Below, in pieces: positions 8,935 to 17,874 of a stretch of DNA of 35,969 bases; positions within the stretch are counted from its first letter, which is position 1; each line of letters begins with the position of its first letter. Origin of the DNA: Acidobacteriota bacterium (GTDB lineage: Bacteria > Acidobacteriota > UBA890 > WLXD01). The notes under the pieces are model-generated. The model did no database searches. It worked only from the letters and a program-made list of their open reading frames with translations, and was not told where the DNA came from. The position numbers were made by a program, and so were the translations under genes. The stretch lies in NCBI GenBank assembly GCA_963666055.2, contig CAXWPH010000004.1, forward strand, positions 1-35,969. Direction: 5' to 3'.

Positions 8935-10872
8935 ATGAGCAGGCCGCAGTATCTCTGGATCGCGCTTCTGGCAGTGCCGCTAATCGTCGCACACGCAGCC
9001 GCGCAGGAGCCGACCACGCCGGTTGAAGCCTACGATGAGCTCATCGGGGTGCTGATGTCGGAGTCCGAGTCGCTTGCCTGGGCTCGGCTTCGTACCGATG
9101 CCGAGCGGCAGGAGTTGGTAGATCGGTTCTGGGAGGCGCGCGACCCGACCCCCGGCACCGAAACCAACGAGGTGCGCCGTATCTTCGAGCGCCGCGCCGA
9201 GCGCGCAGCTCGTCTGTTCGCCGAGGGCGCCGTTCCGGGCTATAGCACCGACCGCGGTCGGGTCATGATCGTGTTCGGCTTACCGGATTCCCAGGAGATG
9301 CGCGCTCTGCCGACCGAGGGCGAGCCGGAGCTGGTGTGGTCGTACCTGCGGGCGCCGCTGAACGACAGCGTTCGGTTCGAGCGTCTCGACGACCGGTACG
9401 TGCTGTCTTCCGACGTCGATCTCGATCTCGATAATCGGATGTTCTTGGCCAGCCTTGAGTCGGAGCTGCGCATGCAGTTGGCGCGGTCCGCGGGAGGTCA
9501 TGAGGACGCGATTGCCGAGCCCGACGCGGAATCCGCTGAGGACGATGATCCACCAGACGATGCCGACGATGAGACGGATGATGAGTCGGCTGCCGCGATC
9601 GAGGGCGTCGCGGAAGGTGACGGTGATACGGAAGGCGACGGCGATACGGAGGACGGGAGCGACGCCGACGACGAAGACAACGGCCCTGCCCCGGTCAGAG
9701 TCTCGCCGGAGGTGCAAGTGTGGATGCAGCTCGTTTTTGGTGGCATCAGTCGTGACGAGCTCCAACTGCGGCATCGACTCGACTACTTTCCGGCTTCGGA
9801 TGCTACCTATACGGTGCTGTCGTTCAAGATCGGCAAGGAGTCAATGGCATTCGTCAGCGCAGAGGACGACGCCGACGACGCGGATGAGGAGACCGACGCC
9901 GACGACGCGGACGAGGAGACCGACGCGGATGACGCGGACGAGGAGGCCGACGCGGAAGAAGAGGATGGCAGCGACGACGAGACTCCGACCGACGAAGCGC
10001 TAGATTCAGAGACCGGCGACGATCTCCTGATCGACGCCGTAGCGGATGAGCTCGTTGAGGAAGTTGAGCCTGACGAATCGAGCCGCGAACAGGACGCCGA
10101 CGGTGAAGACGATGCCGATGATCGGGACGCTGACAATGAGGACGCCGATGAGACAGAAGAACCCAAAGCCCATCTGAAGCTGTTCGGCGCCGTGCTCCAA
10201 GGCGAGCCTGGGCACGAGGACACGATCCACCGATTCATCATCCCCTATCGTCTGGGCGAATCCGAGGGCGACGCTCAGGAGAGTCCGACACTGTCGCTGG
10301 GTGTGAGCCTCTATCCCGGCGAATACCGGCTGGCATGGGGAATTCTTGATGAGACCACCGGCAATGCCGTCACTCGCGACGAGAGCTTCGCAGTTCCTAG
10401 CTTCGACGTCGACGAGCTGACACTGACGCGTCCGTTGATGGCGCGGCCCCCGCACACCTCCGACGCGACGGCGATTGACCCCCGCACGATCTACGAAGGA
10501 GTGCGGTTGGGCCGCATGGTGGTGCAGGATGACCTGGACCGCACCTTCGGTCGCGACGATATCGTCGATGTGATTCTGCTGGCGAGTGGCTGGAGCTCCG
10601 ATCCGGCAGCGCCCGGGAAGCCGAGACTCGAGGTTCAGTATCGCCTTCTTGCTGGTCTCGAAGGAACCCGATCGCTGGCGGCAATCCCGCCTCAGGTGCT
10701 CGACTTCCACGTTCTCGGCCAGCAGATTCCACTCGCCCAAGTGAATCGCCTAGAGCCGGGTCGCGACTATCGAATCGAAGTGATCGTCAGGGACCTGGTG
10801 AGCGGTATCGAGCGGATCGTCCAGGCGCCGTTCCACCTCGAGGCGGCCAACGAAGACGGCGAATCGCAGTAG
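8935..10872 (+). CDS. GWxTD domain protein with two long Asp/Glu-rich insertions (exported)
   Basis: Signal peptide (LLAVPLIVAHAAA-Q). Motifs FWEARDPTPGTETNE and PGYSTDRGRVMIVFGLP (GYxTD variant). Acidic low-complexity tracts. Confidence 0.85.
   Translation: MSRPQYLWIALLAVPLIVAHAAAQEPTTPVEAYDELIGVLMSESESLAWARLRTDAERQELVDRFWEARDPTPGTETNEVRRIFERRAERAARLFAEGAVPGYSTDRGRVMIVFGLPDSQEMRALPTEGEPELVWSYLRAPLNDSVRFERLDDRYVLSSDVDLDLDNRMFLASLESELRMQLARSAGGHEDAIAEPDAESAEDDDPPDDADDETDDESAAAIEGVAEGDGDTEGDGDTEDGSDADDEDNGPAPVRVSPEVQVWMQLVFGGISRDELQLRHRLDYFPASDATYTVLSFKIGKESMAFVSAEDDADDADEETDADDADEETDADDADEEADAEEEDGSDDETPTDEALDSETGDDLLIDAVADELVEEVEPDESSREQDADGEDDADDRDADNEDADETEEPKAHLKLFGAVLQGEPGHEDTIHRFIIPYRLGESEGDAQESPTLSLGVSLYPGEYRLAWGILDETTGNAVTRDESFAVPSFDVDELTLTRPLMARPPHTSDATAIDPRTIYEGVRLGRMVVQDDLDRTFGRDDIVDVILLASGWSSDPAAPGKPRLEVQYRLLAGLEGTRSLAAIPPQVLDFHVLGQQIPLAQVNRLEPGRDYRIEVIVRDLVSGIERIVQAPFHLEAANEDGESQ
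9868..9954 (+). repeat. In-frame 27-bp tandem repeat (about 3.2 copies) encoding DADDADEE(T/A)
   Basis: GACGCCGACGACGCGGATGAGGAGACC / GACGCCGACGACGCGGACGAGGAGACC / GACGCGGATGACGCGGACGAGGAGGCC / GACGCG. Confidence 0.85.
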
Positions 10873-11035
10873 CCCCGTGATGCTGCCCTCGGGCTATGGG
10901 ATCGTGGCGGAGCTCTTCGTGGATCCGAGGTGCACCGGTTTTGGAGACCACCCGTCGCCGTGGCGCCGAATGGCCTCGGCACGGTACTCTCATCTCGTGA
11001 GTCGCCTTCGTGGCGCATCCTCGGAGAGTCTCTTG

Positions 11036-12187
11036 ATGCTCGACAGACGCATGGTCTCAGGGGTCGCCGGAGGACTGCTCACAGTGCCCCGCGCGACTCT
11101 CGCGGTTGGCGCAGCCGTGGCGATGCTGTTGCTGGCCGGCTGCGGCAACAGCAGACGCATCGCCTACGCTCCGCACGAGCTCGAGGCGGCGGTCGCAGCG
11201 CGCGTCAGCAGCGACCGGATGCGTGACATTCTCGTACCCTTCCAACCCACGCCGGAGATGGTCGCCCGAGCCATGAAGTACGTCGAGGGCACGACGAGCG
11301 ACTCGATGCGTGCCGACCTGCTGGTACGGGCGATCACCAATCGAGCCCAGTTCGGCCTGACCTACGAACGGGTGACCACGACGGTGGCGTCGGAGACCCT
11401 TGCCAACGGTCACGGCAACTGCCTTTCGATGACGTCCCTGTACGTGGGGCTGGCGCGCGCCGTCGGGCTCACGGCCTACTATGTTGACGCCTCCGGCCGC
11501 GTCAACGCCCTGCTGCGAGAAGACGAGCTGATCGTCGACACCGGACACATCGCCGCCACGGTGCACACTGATCGCGGCTGGTCCCTGGTCGATTTTACCG
11601 GTGAGATCTCGAACTACCGCACCTTCCGGGTCATCGACGATCTCGAAGCTCTGGCGCACTTCTACAACAACCGCGGCTACGAGACGATTAGCGTCGCCCA
11701 ATCGACCGACCAGGAGATTCCCTGGGAGCAGGCACTGCGCGATTTCGAGATGTCGACTCAAGTGATGCCGGGGTTCGCACGTGCCGAGAACAACCGCGGG
11801 GTTGCCTTGAGCCGACTCGGCGACGATCCGCAAGCCGAGGGCGCGTACAAGGCTGCGCTCGCGTCCGACGATACGATCGCGGCCGCAAGCCACAACCTGG
11901 GCAACCTGCACCTGCGGCGTGGTGAGTTCGAACTTGCGACGCAGTGGTACGAGCGTGCCATCAAGGTCCAACGCAACAACCCGTATGTGCACTATCACCT
12001 GGGCCTGGCGAGGTATCAGTCAGGCGACGTCGTGGGGTCTATCGTGTCGTTGGAGCGTGCCATTGCCCTCAAGCACGACTACGCCGAGCCGCGTTATCTC
12101 CTGGCGCGAGCCTATCGGGCACAGGGCCGCCTCGAGGACGCCGCGCACTTTAGCGCGACGGTTCAGCGAGAGAACGGCATCCGCTGA
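11036..12187 (+). CDS. Transglutaminase-like (Cys-His-Asp) domain + TPR lipoprotein
   Basis: Lipobox LLLAG-C. Catalytic-type Cys in GNCLSMTSLYVGLARAVGL, with His and Asp in GHIAATVHTDRGWSLVDF. TPR motifs (ENNRGVAL, HNLGNLH, YHLGLA). GGAGAG lies before the ATG at 11036; the exact start is uncertain (11036, 11051 or later). Confidence 0.8.
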   Translation: MLDRRMVSGVAGGLLTVPRATLAVGAAVAMLLLAGCGNSRRIAYAPHELEAAVAARVSSDRMRDILVPFQPTPEMVARAMKYVEGTTSDSMRADLLVRAITNRAQFGLTYERVTTTVASETLANGHGNCLSMTSLYVGLARAVGLTAYYVDASGRVNALLREDELIVDTGHIAATVHTDRGWSLVDFTGEISNYRTFRVIDDLEALAHFYNNRGYETISVAQSTDQEIPWEQALRDFEMSTQVMPGFARAENNRGVALSRLGDDPQAEGAYKAALASDDTIAAASHNLGNLHLRRGEFELATQWYERAIKVQRNNPYVHYHLGLARYQSGDVVGSIVSLERAIALKHDYAEPRYLLARAYRAQGRLEDAAHFSATVQRENGIR

Positions 12188-12247
12188 CAGTTACCGGCGC
12201 CACGTCGACCGCGGCGTCGTTCGTAGGGACGGGAGGCGAGTTCGATC

Positions 12248-13510
12248 TTGCGATACGCCGGTCCATTGAGATTCGCGTTGGCCTGCGGGGTCCTCGCGGT
12301 CAACGGGGGCGTGTTGGCGGCAGCGCCGAGCGCTCACCCCATTGGTGCCGCCGCGTCGGTGGGCGCGACGATCCAGGACGGGTCGCATGACCGCTCCGAG
12401 ATGCTATCTGACTTCGCCGTTCGCCTCACGGCTCCAGCGTCCGGCGAGCAGGTTCTGGGTCGGGTCGAGCTCCGCGCAGAAGTTGATGTCGATCGACCCG
12501 AGGCCGTGCTGTTCGTCGAGTTCGAGGTCGACGGCAAGTTGCTGTTCTCCGATGCCACCGCACCGTATGAGCTCGTTTGGCGGACGCGAGACCTGGCCTC
12601 ACATCGCATCGTGGCACGCGCCTACGGGTCGGCGGGAGAGATCGTCGAGGACGTCGTCGACACCGCGGCGCCACCTGACGTCGACCGGACGAGCGAGTTT
12701 ACCAGTCGGGTGGAGCGCGTCGAGATGTACGTGCACGTGGACAAGAAGCATCTGCCCGAGCATCCGCTGGGCTCGAGCGATTTTCTGATTGCTGAAGAAG
12801 GTGTTGACCAGCCGATACTCGAGGTCGAGCACAGCAGCAATCTACCGCTTTCGATCGGGCTGATGATCGACTGTAGCGGCAGCATGATTGAGCGCCTGGG
12901 ATACGCCCTCGAGACGGCCGGTGGTTTCATCGACGGGCTCATGAAGCAGCAGCACGACAAGGCGTTCGTGATGTCGTTTGCGGATGTGTTGTCGGTGCTG
13001 CAGGAATTTACCGACGATGTCGACCGACTGTCCGCGTCGCTTGATCTGATCACCTCCGGTCGCTACACGCGCCTTTACGATTCCATCGTCACGGCGTCGC
13101 ATGCGTTCGATGGACACACGGGAAGACGCGCCCTGGTGATACTGACCGACGGGCACGATGCGAACAGCACCGCCGACCTTGCCGACGCGATCCGCGCCGC
13201 ACAACGTGCCGAGGTTGCCATCTATCCGGTCGGAGTTGGCCTCACCGCGCGCTACTTCTTCGAGCGCTGGGTGCTCCAGAAGATGGCTGTCGCGACTGGC
13301 GGCCGTGTGTCGCACCTGAGCACTCTGGGCGATCCGCGCAAGGTTTACGACACCATCGCGGATGACCTGCGCCAGCAGTACCGCCTCACCTACGAACCGC
13401 AGTCTGCCGGTGGCTCCGGCGAATGGCGGAATGTTGAGGTTTTCCTCGCGGCGCGCGGGTCAGAGAAGACGAGACAGCTCAGGTCGCGCCCAGGGTACTT
13501 TGCCGAATAA
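12248..13510 (+). CDS. VWA domain protein (acidobacterial VWFA-related type) with N-terminal Ig-like domain
   Basis: Signal-like N terminus. Ig-like segment VEFEVDGKLLFSDATAPYELVW. MIDAS motif DCSGSM, then TRLYDSI, LVILTDGHD, TGGR, DLRQQYRLTY and RSRPGYFA. The start codon (TTG) is uncertain. Confidence 0.88.
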   Translation: MRYAGPLRFALACGVLAVNGGVLAAAPSAHPIGAAASVGATIQDGSHDRSEMLSDFAVRLTAPASGEQVLGRVELRAEVDVDRPEAVLFVEFEVDGKLLFSDATAPYELVWRTRDLASHRIVARAYGSAGEIVEDVVDTAAPPDVDRTSEFTSRVERVEMYVHVDKKHLPEHPLGSSDFLIAEEGVDQPILEVEHSSNLPLSIGLMIDCSGSMIERLGYALETAGGFIDGLMKQQHDKAFVMSFADVLSVLQEFTDDVDRLSASLDLITSGRYTRLYDSIVTASHAFDGHTGRRALVILTDGHDANSTADLADAIRAAQRAEVAIYPVGVGLTARYFFERWVLQKMAVATGGRVSHLSTLGDPRKVYDTIADDLRQQYRLTYEPQSAGGSGEWRNVEVFLAARGSEKTRQLRSRPGYFAE

Positions 13511-13645
13511 GGGCCGACCCGAGCGGTCGCTGCGGCCTCCAAGGAGGTCAGGCCAGGCTAATTGTGGTGGCCGTCGCTGGCTCGAAACCGGGTGTGAAAC
13601 CGGCGATTGTGCCTGGCCAGATCTCTCTGGGAGGAGGCTTCGTTG

Positions 13646-13675
13646 TTGACAGTGTTTTCAGCTACGTGCTAAAAG
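13646..13675 (+). promoter_or_regulatory. Putative sigma70 promoter of the exbB-exbD-exbD-tonB operon
   Basis: Perfect TTGACA (13646-13651), an 18-nt spacer and TG-C-TAAAAG (extended -10-like, 13667-13675). Confidence 0.4.
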
Positions 13676-13822
13676 CTCGGGCCAACCCTACGTAGACCGA
13701 GTGTTGGCCGTCGAGGAAGCGCCGAGGCGGCTCATGCGAGTCCTCGGGCGAATCGCCGCGGCATAGCTCGCCACGCGCTCTTGTCGCGGGCTGTCCAAGT
13801 ATCTCAACGGGAGGAAGCTGAC

Positions 13823-14461
13823 GTGAGTTTCACTGCAGGAAATCTGTTCCGCCTATACAACCAGGGCGGCCCGTTTATGCACGTGCTGCTCATGTTCTCG
13901 CTAGTTGGCTTGGTGTTCGTCATCGAGCGTTTCTACGCCTTGTGGAAGGCCCGCGTGAACACGCAGGAATTCATCGGCAGAATCCGTACCGCACTCCTGA
14001 AGCGACACAACGTGAAGGAAGCAATCACGGTGTGCGAGGAGTATCAGGGCCCGATCGCGAACATCATGAAGGCGGGCCTGATCAAGCACGGTCGTCCTCA
14101 GGAGGAGATCGAGCGCACTATCGAGTCGGCCTCGGCACACGAACTGCATCGGCTCGAGCGTGGCCTCGGCGTGCTGGCTACGGTGGCCAACACCGCACCG
14201 CTCGTTGGCTTCCTGGGTACGGTGTCGGGTATGATCAACTCGTTCGACGCGTTGGCGCGTGCCGGTCTGTCGAACCCGGGTCTGGTTGCCAAGGGTATTT
14301 CCGAGGCGTTGATCACGACCGCAGGTGGTCTCGTAGTTGCCGTGCCCGTGCTGATCGCGTTCAACTACTTCACGTCGCAGGTCGGCAACTTCGTGCTCGA
14401 TATGGAGACGGCAGCAAATGTCCTGCTCGAGACCTATGCCGAGATGGACGACACGCAGTAG
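13823..14461 (+). CDS. exbB: MotA/TolQ/ExbB proton channel family protein
   Basis: Motifs GGPFMHVL, LATVANTAPLVGFLGTVSGMINSF and GISEALITTAGGLVVAVP. GTG start at 13823 with a GGAGGA RBS. Followed by two exbD genes and tonB. Confidence 0.9.
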   Translation: MSFTAGNLFRLYNQGGPFMHVLLMFSLVGLVFVIERFYALWKARVNTQEFIGRIRTALLKRHNVKEAITVCEEYQGPIANIMKAGLIKHGRPQEEIERTIESASAHELHRLERGLGVLATVANTAPLVGFLGTVSGMINSFDALARAGLSNPGLVAKGISEALITTAGGLVVAVPVLIAFNYFTSQVGNFVLDMETAANVLLETYAEMDDTQ

Positions 14462-14514
14462 CTCCGACTCGTACATAGCGCGTCCCTTCAAGCGCGACGG
14501 AGCGAGGTAACCCT

Positions 14515-14934
14515 ATGCGATTAAAACAGCCGAAACGGTCGGAGTCCCTCATCCCGACCGCCTCGATGGCGGATATAGCTTTCTTGCTGATCGTGTTCTT
14601 CATGATCACCACCAGCATCACGGTCGATCGCACCGCCGTGGCCCTGCCGACGAGCCTCGAGAGAGTCGAGGTTCCGAAGGACGCGGCTGTGGTTGCGGTC
14701 GAGCGAGATGGCGTGGTGCACTTCTCAGACGGTACCGAGCAGAGCCACGTGATCAATATGAGCGACGTGCTGCCGGCGGCCGCTTTCGTGATCGAAAAAA
14801 ACTCGCTCATGTGGTTCATCATCAAGGCCGACGGCGACGCGGAGTACCAGTTTATCGACCAGGTGATGGAGCAGCTGCGGCAAGCATCCGTCCGCAACAT
14901 CGCCATGCTGACGCAGCAAGAGGGCGTCGAATAA
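14515..14934 (+). CDS. exbD: Biopolymer transporter ExbD/TolR family protein
   Basis: IPTASMADIAFLLIVFFMITT with the conserved Asp, and IKADGDAEY. GAGG RBS. Confidence 0.9.
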   Translation: MRLKQPKRSESLIPTASMADIAFLLIVFFMITTSITVDRTAVALPTSLERVEVPKDAAVVAVERDGVVHFSDGTEQSHVINMSDVLPAAAFVIEKNSLMWFIIKADGDAEYQFIDQVMEQLRQASVRNIAMLTQQEGVE

Positions 14935-14948
14935 AGGGGGGGAAGGTC

Positions 14949-15383
14949 ATGAAGCTCAAGAAAAAAGGAACCAATACCGAAATCCCGACCGCCTCGATGG
15001 CCGATATTGCCTTCTTGCTGATCGTGTTTTTCATGATCACGTCGGTTTTTTCGGTAACGCGCGGCCTGGAGTTCCAGCTGCCGAAGAACCAGGACACGCC
15101 CCCTGATTCGACTCAGGAGGAGGCGATCCACATTCACGTGATCCCGGCCGGCGCCGACTGCGTCTACGAAGTCGATCGGGAGCAGATGAGGTTGAGCGAT
15201 ATCCAGATCTATATCGAGCCCAAGCTGGCCAGGAATCCGAACAAGTTCGTCATCATTGATCCGGATCCTGAGGCTCCGTACAAGTGCATGGTGCATGCCT
15301 TCGACGAGCTCAAGCAGGCGCAAGTCAAGAACATCTCGATTCCCACCGCGGCCGAAAAAGCCTCGTGGGGCAACATTCTCTGA
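14949..15383 (+). CDS. exbD: Biopolymer transporter ExbD/TolR family protein (second copy)
   Basis: IPTASMADIAFLLIVFFMITS. ATG at 14949 follows a G-rich RBS, so the ORF track start at 14811 is too early. Confidence 0.9.
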   Translation: MKLKKKGTNTEIPTASMADIAFLLIVFFMITSVFSVTRGLEFQLPKNQDTPPDSTQEEAIHIHVIPAGADCVYEVDREQMRLSDIQIYIEPKLARNPNKFVIIDPDPEAPYKCMVHAFDELKQAQVKNISIPTAAEKASWGNIL

Positions 15384-15390
15384 GCGGGGG

Positions 15391-16131
15391 ATGAAGACGA
15401 TGGCCGACGAAGGCAAGACGGCGGAAGGAGCCAAGGTGCCCGCACCATCCCAGGGAAACCCGCTGCAGTCGCTGGCTCTTGAAGCATCGATCCAGAAGGA
15501 TTCGTCGCGGCCGATGAAGGTGGCTTGGATCGGTGCGTTCCTGGTTCATTTCCTGTTGTTCGTAGTGGTCTTCCCGGAGTTCGGCGGCAGCGAGGCGACT
15601 GAGCAGGCGCGGGAAGCGGTGGTGATCAAGCGCTACAAGCCGCCCGAGCCGCCCAAGCAGCAGCCCGAGAAGAAGATCGTCAAGAGGAAGACCTCGCGCG
15701 TGCCGATCCCCGACCCGACCCCCGATGATCCAGAGCCGATCGTCGAGGCCGAGGTCGAGTACATCGAGATGGAGGAAGAGCGCGTCGACACGGACTTCAT
15801 GGTGGGCGGGCCCGTCGGCGGCCCACCGGTAATCGACCAGGGACCGATGCGCGTTGGAGGCGACATCCAGGCCCCTGAGCGTATCAACTACATCGCGCCG
15901 GAATATCCTGAGCTCGCGCGTCGTGCTCGGCTGTCCGGCGTGGTCATCCTGGAAGCGACGATTGACCGCGAAGGGGCGGTAAGAAACGTGAACGTCCTGC
16001 GCGGACTCGGACTCGGACTCGACGAGTCCGCGGTAAGAGCGGTGTCGGAGTGGCAGTACACACCAACCTTCTACAATGGCCGTCCGGTAGAGATTCTGCT
16101 GACGGTTACGGTGCAGTTCCAGCTCCAGTAG
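15391..16131 (+). CDS. tonB: Energy transducer TonB family protein
   Basis: Transmembrane helix with His (AFLVHFLLF), a Pro-rich linker and a TonB_C domain (PEYPELARRARLSGVVILEATIDREG...WQYTP...VQFQLQ). Start at 15391 or 15400. Confidence 0.9.
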   Translation: MKTMADEGKTAEGAKVPAPSQGNPLQSLALEASIQKDSSRPMKVAWIGAFLVHFLLFVVVFPEFGGSEATEQAREAVVIKRYKPPEPPKQQPEKKIVKRKTSRVPIPDPTPDDPEPIVEAEVEYIEMEEERVDTDFMVGGPVGGPPVIDQGPMRVGGDIQAPERINYIAPEYPELARRARLSGVVILEATIDREGAVRNVNVLRGLGLGLDESAVRAVSEWQYTPTFYNGRPVEILLTVTVQFQLQ

Positions 16132-16150
16132 CCGTGCCGAGCGGCTTCGC

Positions 16151-16204
16151 TGGATAGGTACACGGGCTCCCCGCTACAATGAGACTCTGGTAGCGAGGAG
16201 CCCG
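16151..16204 (+). promoter_or_regulatory. Putative promoter overlapped by a 15-bp inverted repeat, upstream of the TPR gene
   Basis: TGGATA (16151-16156), an 18-nt spacer and TACAAT (16175-16180). CGGGCTCCCCGCTAC (16163-16177) pairs with GTAGCGAGGAGCCCG (16190-16204) with 1 mismatch. Confidence 0.45.
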
Positions 16205-16222
16205 ATCCGTAACAGGTGACCC

Positions 16223-17341
16223 ATGAACACTCGAAGAATTTCGCAAACTTTGTCTTTACTGATGATCATGGCTGCGCTGGCGTGGCCGTCTCCGGCGCTG
16301 GCGCAGGATCCGGATGCACTATGGCGGGCCGGGCAGCAGGCTTTTCAGAGCGACGATTTCCGAGGCTGCATCGACAACATGCAAAACGCTCTTCGCGCCG
16401 GCGGCGAAGCGTACGACCGCTGGGGTTGGTTGCATATGGTCCTCGGAGTCTGTCTCGGCCAGCGCGGCCAGCGCGACGAGGCGATCTCCGAGTTGCAGAC
16501 GGCGCTCGAACTGATCTCCGAAGACTCGGAGCGCTGGTCAGCCAACAACAGCCTGGCGCAGGTGTACGTTGCGCGCGGCAACTCCGGTGACTACGATCGC
16601 GCCATCGCGGCCGAGAACGAGGCTGGCAAGTACGCCACCAGCGCAGGCCAGCGAGGTGTTCACGCCAAGACGCTTGGTCAGGCCTACTATTTCAAAGAAG
16701 ACTGGCGCAACGCGGTCCGGCATCTGAGCGACGCAGCAGCAGCTCGTAACACCGACGCCGACGTTGCCGGCAAGCTCGGCCGTGCGCACATGGAAGCTGG
16801 CGATGTGGGCCAGGCGCGTGCGTGGTTCGAGAAGACGCTCACGCTGGACCGCAACAACGTCAGCGCCATCACCAACCTCGGGCGCCTCTATTTGAACGAG
16901 GCCAATTGGTCCCAGGCGGTGCGCTACCTCGAGCAGGCTGTGCAGAGCGATCCGCAGAACATGCAGATTCGCAACATGATGGGGCGTGCCTATCTCGGAG
17001 CGAGCCGCTATAGCGATGCCATTGCACAGTTGACTCAGGTTGTTCAGGCTCGTAGCTCGAACGGTAACGCGCACTACAACCTGGGGCAGGCTTACGGGGC
17101 CGCGGGTAACGATGCGCAGTCGATCTCCTCCTACAGCAATGCCCTCAGGTATCTGGCAGGTGGCAGTGCGATTCGTGCCGACTGTCTGTACGATCTCGGC
17201 TTCATGTACGAGAAGGTAGGTAGCTTCGAGGACGCGCTCTTGGCACTCGAGGACTCCGCTGAAATCTCGGTGCAGCCCAAGACGACGGAGGCAATCGATC
17301 GCGTCAAGGAGCGCATTCGTCGCCAGCAGGCCGGAAGCTGA
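16223..17341 (+). CDS. Exported tetratricopeptide-repeat protein
   Basis: Signal peptide ending PALA-Q. Serial TPR-like motifs (LGQAYY, LGRAHM, LGRLYL, MGRAYL, YNLGQAY, YDLGFMY). CAGGTG RBS. Confidence 0.88.
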   Translation: MNTRRISQTLSLLMIMAALAWPSPALAQDPDALWRAGQQAFQSDDFRGCIDNMQNALRAGGEAYDRWGWLHMVLGVCLGQRGQRDEAISELQTALELISEDSERWSANNSLAQVYVARGNSGDYDRAIAAENEAGKYATSAGQRGVHAKTLGQAYYFKEDWRNAVRHLSDAAAARNTDADVAGKLGRAHMEAGDVGQARAWFEKTLTLDRNNVSAITNLGRLYLNEANWSQAVRYLEQAVQSDPQNMQIRNMMGRAYLGASRYSDAIAQLTQVVQARSSNGNAHYNLGQAYGAAGNDAQSISSYSNALRYLAGGSAIRADCLYDLGFMYEKVGSFEDALLALEDSAEISVQPKTTEAIDRVKERIRRQQAGS

Positions 17342-17371
17342 CGGGCGAATCTGGCGCGACACCGTTGACTT

Positions 17372-17410
17372 TGCAGGGCGCAGCCCACGGGGACCGCGCC
17401 CTGTATTTTT
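17372..17410 (+). terminator. Rho-independent terminator after the TPR gene
   Basis: Stem TGCAGGGCGC/GCGCCCTGTA followed by TTTTT. Confidence 0.7.
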
Positions 17411-17441
17411 GTGCGCGCTGGCAGCATAGGCAGCTGCTGGG

Positions 17442-17864
17442 ATGGTGATGCCCGATCGCGCCTGGGCGCTGCTCTTCGTCAGGTTGCTGCTCGGTTTGAT
17501 CTTCTTCATGGCGGGTGTCTGGAAGGTCTTTGACCTCGGGCCTATCGAGCACGCCCGTCAGTTCTTCATAAGCGGGTACGCTGATTCGTTTCTGCCTAGC
17601 TGGTCGCTGTGGATCGCCGGCGTGACGATTCCCCTCGTCGAGCTTGTCGCTGGGGCGATGCTGCTCGTCGGTCTCCGCGTGCGACTGGCGCTGTTAGCGC
17701 TCGCGGGCGTGCTCGTGGTCGTGACCTTCGGCCACCTGCTGGCGGAGCCGCTCTACGCTTTCCATACCCACGTGCTGCCGCGGGCTCTGATGGTGCTCAT
17801 GTTGCTCTGGGCACCGCGTGCCGCCGACGTGGCCACGCTAGATCGATGGCTGGAGCGCCGCTGA
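17442..17864 (+). CDS. DoxX family membrane protein
   Basis: Motifs VRLLLGLIFFMAGVWKV and ELVAGAMLLVGLRVR, with about 4 hydrophobic segments. Confidence 0.82.
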   Translation: MVMPDRAWALLFVRLLLGLIFFMAGVWKVFDLGPIEHARQFFISGYADSFLPSWSLWIAGVTIPLVELVAGAMLLVGLRVRLALLALAGVLVVVTFGHLLAEPLYAFHTHVLPRALMVLMLLWAPRAADVATLDRWLERR

Positions 17865-17874
17865 TCTACGTGTC

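Noticed and set aside
9868-9954. Direct repeats as a possible CRISPR array
   Set aside because: They are contiguous in-frame coding repeats with no spacers, and there are no cas genes.
13545-13640. Cobalamin-riboswitch-like element upstream of exbB (GAAACCGGGTGTGAAACCGG within a GGCCAGGC/GCCTGGCC stem)
   Set aside because: It lacks the GGGAA, GCCACTG and B12-box motifs and lies upstream of the putative promoter. An Rfam scan would settle it.
14551-15040. Near-identical ~59-nt DNA segments in the two exbD genes
   Set aside because: Explained by the conserved TM motif of tandem ExbD paralogs, which is a common arrangement.
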